The notes under the pieces were generated by a model. That model saw only the letters and a program-made list of their open reading frames with translations. It did not search any database and was not told where the DNA came from. The position numbers and the translations under genes are program-made. Of a stretch of DNA of 64,000 nucleotides, positions 57,712 to 64,000 are shown piece by piece (position 1 is the first letter of the stretch; each line of letters starts with the position of its first letter). Source of the stretch: Leptonemataceae bacterium (GTDB lineage: Bacteria > Spirochaetota > Leptospiria > Leptospirales > Leptonemataceae); assembly GCA_965227295.1 (NCBI GenBank), contig OZ245742.1, positions 960,001 through 1,024,000 of the forward strand, written 5' to 3'.

Positions 57712-60633
57712 ATGAATATAAATCTAAGTTCTGTTGTACTCATATTAGTGATTTCTATCGCAGGTGCCGGTTGCGCCCGGGACGATTGGTCTACGGCACG
57801 CCGCGGAGATGCCGGGACTGAGACTGCCGCCGCCGTGGCGGTTTCCGATGCGTTCCTTCCGCTTCCCGGTGGAGAGCCCGAGGCCTACGCCATGGAGATT
57901 CGCGACATCCGCGGCGAAGCGGACTTCGCATTCGAAACGACCCGAACGGCCGATCTCCACGTTTCGCTGGCCATCGCCGGCGAGGCCGAACCGAACCGAC
58001 TCGTGCAGCTGCGCGAAGTCCGCAGCGGTCGACCGGGGCGCGTGCTCTTTCGCGCGCTTACGAATCATGCCGGGGCGGTAAACGGCAATCTCACGGTTGC
58101 CAACGCCGACCAGGACGCACAACTGGATTTCGAATGCGGCGGCCGCGTGTACGCCGTGCCCGTTGCACTGGACGATCTCAAGAAAATGGACCGGCGCATC
58201 GACGTGAACGCTGCAGCCGTATTGAATGCCGCGGCCCTGGCGGACGCGGATGGCGACGGCGTCCCCGACGAAGCCGACGATTTCCCGAACGACGCCGATC
58301 GGGCGACGCGCGTACTGTTTCCCACCGACGGACGTTACACCGTTGCTTTTGAAGATCTCTATCCGAAGAAAGGCGACGCGGACTTCAACGACTACGTCAT
58401 CCAGGCGCGGCAGGAGGAACACCTCAACCCGGCAGGGGACGTGGTACGCATCTTCGGTTCCTACCGCCATGTTGCGAAGGCGGCCGGTTACAATCACGTG
58501 TTGCGACTTACGCTACCGGTCGCCGCGGCGGAGTACACGCTTACGCGCTACGGCCAGGACGGCGCCCTTGTGTCCACGACAGTGGACCGCGCCGCGCCCT
58601 TCGAAAACGTCACGATCACCGACCGCAGTGATCGTACGATCGCGCAGTCCAACGCGCACGCCGGTCAGGACTTCATGCCCGGCGATCTTTTTGAAATTGA
58701 CATCGTTCCGGATGCGCCTGTGCGAAAGGAAGATCTGGGCGGTGCCCCGTACGATCTGCACATCTTCGTGGTAAGCACAGGACGCGAGATTCACTTCGCG
58801 GGCAAATTTTTCGACGACGACGACTCCGACCTCTACCTGGACAATGACGGCTTTCCCTGGGCGTTGCTGGTGCCGGTGGACTGGCGCTGGATGTACGAGA
58901 CCCAGGATATCTTCGTGGCCTACGAATTCTTCGAAGATTGGTACACATCGAACGGAACGAACCACGCGGACTGGTACAACTTTCCGGACTTGAGCGTGGC
59001 CTTTGAGAACGTACAGACGCACTATTCCGACGAGCCGCTGTTTACGCCGCCGCCCGGCCTGGATCCGGCACACTTTCAGATTTCGCGATCTATGCGTCCC
59101 GTGCCGGTGCGCATCAACTCGTGCTATATTCCCGTCGGCGCGTTGTACGCGATTGAACCTCTGAGCGGCATGCCGGTTTTTCCGTCTCCCGGAGAACTGC
59201 AATTTGAGTATGATCGGGCGAAGCTGATTGACGCCGGTTTTTCGGAAACGTTCGCCGTATACGCGTACGACTCCGCCGCGAACACCTACGCTCAGGTACC
59301 GATGATCCAGATCGATTCGGCGGCGGGCCTGGTGCGGGCTCCGGCCAATGCCGTCGGCGCCTACATTCTCACGGTGCTGAACTTTCCGTCGATCGACGGT
59401 GACGATTCCTGCGAACCGGCGCCCACCGAATATCCGCCGGGAGTGGTCTCTGTAGTTCCGCAATCGAATAGCGGAGTGCCGAATGACATTGTAATCAACG
59501 GCGACGGGCGCTTCGTGGCTTTTCGGTCTTCCGCGAGCGACCTCGTACCGGGAGATACGAATGTCGCGGACGACATCTTCGTCTATGACCGCCAGACCGA
59601 CACGACCACCCGCGTTTCGGTGTCTTCGGATGGAAGCCAGGCGAACGCTCAGTCATTCGAACCAGCCCTGAGCGCTGACGGACGTATGGTCGCGTTCCGA
59701 TCGAACGCCACGAATCTCGTCACCGCGAGCGCGAGCTACGGCATCTTCGTCCACGATCGCCAGACCCATCAAACGACCCTCGTCTCGGTGACCTCGGACG
59801 GAACACCGGCGAACGGTGCTTCTTACTTTCCGTCGATCAGCGCGGACGGACGGTTCGTTGCATTTCAATCATTTGCGACCAACCTCGTGCCCGGAGATAC
59901 GAACGGGCAGTACGATATTTTCGTGCACGATCGCCAGACCGGTACGACGACGCGCGTGTCGATTGCTTCCGACGGCACCGAGGCGAATAACGCATCCGGC
60001 GCCCCGAGCCTGAACGCCGACGGACGGTATGTGGTCTTTCAGTCCCAGGCCTCCAATCTGGTTTCCGGTCGCAACGGTATTTTCGTACACGATATGCAAA
60101 CGGGCTCCACAACCCATGTCTCGGTCGCCTCGGACGGAACGCCCGGTTCCCCGATTCCCGTCGCCCATTATACCAGCCCGTCCATGAGCAACGATGGGCG
60201 ACTCGTGGTCTTCCAATCCTCGGCGGCGAATCTGGTCCCGGGCGATACGAACAGCCAATTCGACATATTCGTACACGATCGCCAGACGGGTACAACGAGG
60301 CGAGTATCGGTTGCTTCCGACGGAACACAGTCCAACCGCTCGTCCTTCGAACCCTCCATGAGCACCGACGGCCGCTACGTGACGTTTCACTCGACGGCCG
60401 CGGCTCTCGTCCCGGGGGCGCCGTCGTTCGGGAACCAGGTCTACGTCCATGACCTGCAAACCGGCGTGACCTCGCGCGTCTCGGCCGCGGCGGACGGAAC
60501 GCCCGGCGACAGTTCCTCTATGATGGCCCGGATCAGTGGGGACGGTCGCTACGTCGTCTTCCGGTCCAACGCCACGAACCTGATACCGGGAGTTACAAGC
60601 GGCACGAACATACTCGTGTTTCCGAATCCGTAA
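57712..60633 (+). CDS. LruC/DUF4842-domain lipoprotein with a C-terminal TolB-like (PD40) beta-propeller
   Basis: Lipobox AGAGC; DADGDGVPD..DDFPND; AFEDLYPKKGDADFNDYV; GFPWALLVP; six repeats of S/N-x-DGR-x-V-x-F-x-S-x-A-x-NL. Confidence 0.85.
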   Translation: MNINLSSVVLILVISIAGAGCARDDWSTARRGDAGTETAAAVAVSDAFLPLPGGEPEAYAMEIRDIRGEADFAFETTRTADLHVSLAIAGEAEPNRLVQLREVRSGRPGRVLFRALTNHAGAVNGNLTVANADQDAQLDFECGGRVYAVPVALDDLKKMDRRIDVNAAAVLNAAALADADGDGVPDEADDFPNDADRATRVLFPTDGRYTVAFEDLYPKKGDADFNDYVIQARQEEHLNPAGDVVRIFGSYRHVAKAAGYNHVLRLTLPVAAAEYTLTRYGQDGALVSTTVDRAAPFENVTITDRSDRTIAQSNAHAGQDFMPGDLFEIDIVPDAPVRKEDLGGAPYDLHIFVVSTGREIHFAGKFFDDDDSDLYLDNDGFPWALLVPVDWRWMYETQDIFVAYEFFEDWYTSNGTNHADWYNFPDLSVAFENVQTHYSDEPLFTPPPGLDPAHFQISRSMRPVPVRINSCYIPVGALYAIEPLSGMPVFPSPGELQFEYDRAKLIDAGFSETFAVYAYDSAANTYAQVPMIQIDSAAGLVRAPANAVGAYILTVLNFPSIDGDDSCEPAPTEYPPGVVSVVPQSNSGVPNDIVINGDGRFVAFRSSASDLVPGDTNVADDIFVYDRQTDTTTRVSVSSDGSQANAQSFEPALSADGRMVAFRSNATNLVTASASYGIFVHDRQTHQTTLVSVTSDGTPANGASYFPSISADGRFVAFQSFATNLVPGDTNGQYDIFVHDRQTGTTTRVSIASDGTEANNASGAPSLNADGRYVVFQSQASNLVSGRNGIFVHDMQTGSTTHVSVASDGTPGSPIPVAHYTSPSMSNDGRLVVFQSSAANLVPGDTNSQFDIFVHDRQTGTTRRVSVASDGTQSNRSSFEPSMSTDGRYVTFHSTAAALVPGAPSFGNQVYVHDLQTGVTSRVSAAADGTPGDSSSMMARISGDGRYVVFRSNATNLIPGVTSGTNILVFPNP
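59490..60600 (+). repeat. Intragenic tandem repeats (about 50-57 aa, six copies) encoding propeller blades
   Basis: Recurring GDGRFVAF/ADGRMVAF/ADGRFVAF/ADGRYVVF/NDGRLVVF/TDGRYVTF/GDGRYVVF and D(R/M/L)QT...VSV.SDG. Confidence 0.85.
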
Positions 60634-60670
60634 CGAAGTTCGAACGAAAATATTTTAACAGGAGCAACAG

Positions 60671-61333
60671 ATGAGTACGATGATAGAACGAGTTGTAAAT
60701 CATGGAGCTTTGCTCGCAACCGGCGCGGTCCTCGTGCTGCTGACCGGCTGCACGTCATTGGTTCCCGTAAAAAATCAGCTCAACGAAGCGAAGAAAGTCA
60801 TGATCGCCCCGGACCAAACTGTGGTGTACGTCACGCATGATTTCGCGCTGGAAAAACCGGATGACCGTTGGAAACTCGAAGAACTCCACGATCACGTCTA
60901 TGCACCGCGTCGCTCACTGAAGAGCGCATTGGAGGAATCTTACGACGGCATCGAAGTGCTTATCTCCGATGAAGAACTGCCGGGTTATTCCGATTTGTAT
61001 CACGAGTATACGGCGAAGGCCGCAGAGTCCGGCGTGGATACGGTCATTTCTTACAGGCCCTACGTATCGCTGTATCGCAAAGAGGACGGCACATGCACGC
61101 TGAGCCTGACGGCGAACATCTCGTTCTATGGTAAGCCGGGTAAGGTTCTCGGCAAGAAAACCTTCAGGGTCGGCAAGGTGGAAGCGACCTACAGCGGCAG
61201 CGACTGTAGTGTCGAGAACTCAAAAGAACTGCTCCAGGTCTCCGGCGTAAGAGGGCTCCTGAAGAAGTTCTCGAACGCCGTGGGCGAGGATATGCAATCA
61301 CGCGTCATTCCGGAGATCAAGGCGGCGCAGTGA
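60671..61333 (+). CDS. Hypothetical lipoprotein
   Basis: SD AGGAG; lipobox LLTGC; no recognisable domain. Confidence 0.7.
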   Translation: MSTMIERVVNHGALLATGAVLVLLTGCTSLVPVKNQLNEAKKVMIAPDQTVVYVTHDFALEKPDDRWKLEELHDHVYAPRRSLKSALEESYDGIEVLISDEELPGYSDLYHEYTAKAAESGVDTVISYRPYVSLYRKEDGTCTLSLTANISFYGKPGKVLGKKTFRVGKVEATYSGSDCSVENSKELLQVSGVRGLLKKFSNAVGEDMQSRVIPEIKAAQ

Positions 61334-61345
61334 TCGATAGCGGCG

Positions 61346-62878
61346 TCACTGAATCTTTCGCTGACGCCCTTCCCAATACGGCTCGCGCAACTCACGGCGC
61401 AGAACTTTTCCCGAGGGATTTCGCGGCAAAGTTTTGATGCGTACAACCTTGCGCGGGCGTTTGTACGCCGCGAGTTCGTTTGGCTGCCACTCGCGCAGTT
61501 CCTCAACGCTCAGATCCCGCGCAGCAACGACGAACGCGCAGACGGCCTCGCCGGACTCTTCGTCAGGAATGCCGGCGACGGCTGCTTCCTGAATGTCCGG
61601 ATGCCCGGCAAGGAATCGCTCCACTTCGATCGGGTAGATCTTTTCGCCTTTCGACATGATGAGGTCATGTTTGCGGTCCAAAAGAAAGAGATAGCCGTCC
61701 TCGTCCAGATAACCAATGTCCCCGGTCGCCAGCCAGCCGTTCCGCATTACCACGGCGTTTTCGTCCGGGCGATTCCAGTAACCGCGCATCACCGTCGCGC
61801 CGTGTGCGAACACTTCGCCCGGGATTCCAGGCGCGCAGACGGCCCCGTCTTCCCCGCGCACTTCGATCTCGATACCGGCCGCGGCCTTGCCGGCCGAAGC
61901 ACTGATGTCGTCTTTCGAACCCGGCTGAGACGCAAGAATGCGACGATGATCGCCTGCGGACAACAACGTGACCACCCCCGTGGTTTCGGTAAGGCCGTAG
62001 CCCTGGGTAAAATCGCACTGAAACGTGAGCGCCGCCGTTTCTAGCAACTGCCGCGCAATGGGTGAGGCGCCGTAGACAAGATGCTTCAGCGAAGAAAAAT
62101 CCGCGGCGGCAGCACGCGGGTGCTGGATGATCGCCTGCTGCATGGCCGGCACAAGCAGGCTATGGGTAATCCCGTGGGTTTCTATGGTTTCGATAACTTC
62201 CCCCGGGTCAAACTTAGCGAGCAACACATTCGTTGCGCCGCCGAAAAAACCCAGCAGTAGAATTCCGCTACCGGCTATGTGAAAGAACGGCGCCACAGCC
62301 AGGTTCATTGAATCAATGCCGAAGCCGGGAATTTCGTAGCGCATCTGTTCGAGCAAGGCCACCATGTTGGCGTGACTCAGCGGCACGCCTTTAGGATTGC
62401 CGGTGGTTCCGGATGTATAGAGCTGCACGAAGTCCTGCTCCGGCGCTGGCAACTCCGGCGTCACGACCGCGTCGGCTTCCAGCCAGGTGCCTGGCTGCGT
62501 GACGTGCAGCTCGTAGCCGTCGCGAGAAAGTTGCCGCGTAATGCCTTCGAAGGCGGGACCGGCGAAGAGCAGCTTCGATTCGGAGTCTTTGATGATGAAC
62601 TCGCTCTCCCGGACTGACAGCCGCCAGTTTAAGAGCACCGGTACGGCGCCGTGAAAGGCCGCGCCGAGAATCAACTGCACCACGTAACCGTGATTAAAGT
62701 CCATAATTGCGAAACGATCGCCCTCCTCAAGGCCCAGCTGATTCAGGCGGGCGGCTCCCTGCAAGGCCAGGGCGTGGAGTTCGCTGTAACTGAACGTACG
62801 CTCTTCAATCCGTAAGGCCGGGCGCCCGGGGTCGAAACGCGCGCGATAGCTTAGATTTTCTGCGACGGTCGTATGCAT
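61346..62878 (-). CDS. Long-chain acyl-CoA synthetase (AMP-binding)
   Basis: YTSGTTGNPKG, APFFHI, QGYGLTE, ATGDIG, DRKHD, PRNPSGK. Confidence 0.93.
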   Translation of the reverse strand: MHTTVAENLSYRARFDPGRPALRIEERTFSYSELHALALQGAARLNQLGLEEGDRFAIMDFNHGYVVQLILGAAFHGAVPVLLNWRLSVRESEFIIKDSESKLLFAGPAFEGITRQLSRDGYELHVTQPGTWLEADAVVTPELPAPEQDFVQLYTSGTTGNPKGVPLSHANMVALLEQMRYEIPGFGIDSMNLAVAPFFHIAGSGILLLGFFGGATNVLLAKFDPGEVIETIETHGITHSLLVPAMQQAIIQHPRAAAADFSSLKHLVYGASPIARQLLETAALTFQCDFTQGYGLTETTGVVTLLSAGDHRRILASQPGSKDDISASAGKAAAGIEIEVRGEDGAVCAPGIPGEVFAHGATVMRGYWNRPDENAVVMRNGWLATGDIGYLDEDGYLFLLDRKHDLIMSKGEKIYPIEVERFLAGHPDIQEAAVAGIPDEESGEAVCAFVVAARDLSVEELREWQPNELAAYKRPRKVVRIKTLPRNPSGKVLRRELREPYWEGRQRKIQ

Positions 62879-62890
62879 AAGTACTCCGAA

Positions 62891-63916
62891 TTACTCCTGG
62901 CGATAGAGAGCGGCACCGGCCGCGTAGCCCGCCCCGGCGGTGGTCAGTAAGATTAAGTCGCCGGAACTTAAGCGGCCGTTCCGACGAGCCGTATCGAGGG
63001 CGAACGGTAACGTGCCCGAGGTGATGTTGCCCGTGTAGTCGATGGTCACGATCGTTTTCGATTCTGAAATTCCCAGCTCGCGACCGACGGCCCGCATGAT
63101 TCCCAGGTTCGCCTGATGTGGTATGAAGCACGCCACGTTCGCGACATCCACACCGGCTTCGTTGCAGACCCGGCGACAGAACAGACTCATCGCTTCCACG
63201 GCGTCTTCGAATATCAGCTTACCGTCCACGGCCATGTAAACGGCGTGCAATCCTGCGCGGACAGTCTCTTCCGATGCCGGGCGTGCGCTGCCCCCCGCGG
63301 GTGTAAATAGATTTCCGGCGCGCGTTCCATCGGACCATAGCTCGCAACCAAGAAAGCCGGTGTCCTCGCTCCGCGCGCGCGAAAGAATCACCGCCCCCGC
63401 GCCGTCGGCAAAAATCGGAAACAACCGTCGGTCCCGTGGATTCGTGAAACGCGACTTGATGTCCGCGCCGATCACCATCACGTAACGCATGCCCGTTAAC
63501 ACCGAACGCACGCCGTGATCCAGGCCGAACAGAAAACTCGCGCAGGCAGACTGCTTGTCCTCGGCGGGGCAGACGGCGCCGATCAACGCCTGCACACGAC
63601 AGGCGGCCGCCGGCGAGGTCCAGTCCCCGGTGGTTGTGCATAGTAAGATTTGATCCAGTTCTTCGGCGGCGATGCCCGCGTCTTCCAGCGCGAGCTTCGC
63701 CGCTTCCGCGCCGATGTCACTGGTGGCCGTGCCGTCCGCGGCAAAGTGCCGCGTTCGAATGCCGACGTGTTCTTCGATCCACTCCGCCGTCGTATCGATA
63801 CCGTAACGATCGATGAGCGCCTGGTTGCTCAGCGGGCTGCCGGGCAGGTATCGCCCGGTGCCGGCGATGCCGACGCCCCGGGGCAACGGCGGGCGTTGTC
63901 GGTGTTGTTGAATCAT
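62891..63916 (-). CDS. fabH: 3-oxoacyl-ACP synthase III (FabH-like)
   Basis: GTGRYLP, GIRTRH, catalytic SAC, FADGAGA, PHQAN, GNITS. Confidence 0.85.
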   Translation of the reverse strand: MIQQHRQRPPLPRGVGIAGTGRYLPGSPLSNQALIDRYGIDTTAEWIEEHVGIRTRHFAADGTATSDIGAEAAKLALEDAGIAAEELDQILLCTTTGDWTSPAAACRVQALIGAVCPAEDKQSACASFLFGLDHGVRSVLTGMRYVMVIGADIKSRFTNPRDRRLFPIFADGAGAVILSRARSEDTGFLGCELWSDGTRAGNLFTPAGGSARPASEETVRAGLHAVYMAVDGKLIFEDAVEAMSLFCRRVCNEAGVDVANVACFIPHQANLGIMRAVGRELGISESKTIVTIDYTGNITSGTLPFALDTARRNGRLSSGDLILLTTAGAGYAAGAALYRQE

Positions 63917-63922
63917 AACGGC

Positions 63923-64000
63923 TCAGGCCGCGGGGCCGACGCGAATGGCAATGTTTCCCGGCGGATGTTCGTTTTTGTGCATGAGCTGATGCACGTGTCC
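63923..64000 (-). CDS. 3' end of a probable crotonyl-CoA carboxylase/reductase (partial)
   Basis: Translates to GHVHQLMHKNEHPPGNIAIRVGPAA*, resembling the Ccr C-terminus; only 25 residues are visible. Confidence 0.6.
   Translation of the reverse strand, partial: GHVHQLMHKNEHPPGNIAIRVGPAA

Noticed and set aside
59490-60600. Regularly spaced repeats as a CRISPR array or DGR template/variable repeat
   Set aside because: They are in-frame, degenerate protein repeats, with no cas or reverse transcriptase gene.

Overview
This is a gene-dense, GC-rich (about 60% by eye) bacterial chromosomal segment. It most likely comes from a Leptospiraceae spirochete, an inference from the membrane-anchored AraC regulators, the 7TM-DISM/SpoIIE protein, the LruC-domain lipoprotein, the cNMP-TPR plus Crp pair and the many lipoproteins. 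Housekeeping genes include hisD, rpsT, tRNA-Val(TAC), gap, pgk, polB, metY, astA, astB, lon and an HtrA protease. I found no CRISPR array, rRNA, integrase or transposase. The best lead is a GxxExxY (PD-(D/E)XK-like) nuclease gene enclosed by 32-bp terminal inverted repeats inside an operon, with related gene-less repeat arms at two other sites, which resembles an autonomous element plus REP/MITE-like derivatives. Other leads: an operon of a TonB receptor, a stand-alone 5'-nucleotidase C-terminal lipoprotein, an SBP-TPR protein and a GPH transporter; a hairpin-dense, attC-like intergenic region of about 630 bp; a candidate operator shared by two membrane AraC regulators; a class II CRP promoter with exact geometry; a STAS/ARPP-1/V4R/SpoIIE module running into polB; and a ccr-fabH-acyl-CoA ligase cassette at the right edge. 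All family calls come from motif recognition by eye, and no database searches were run.
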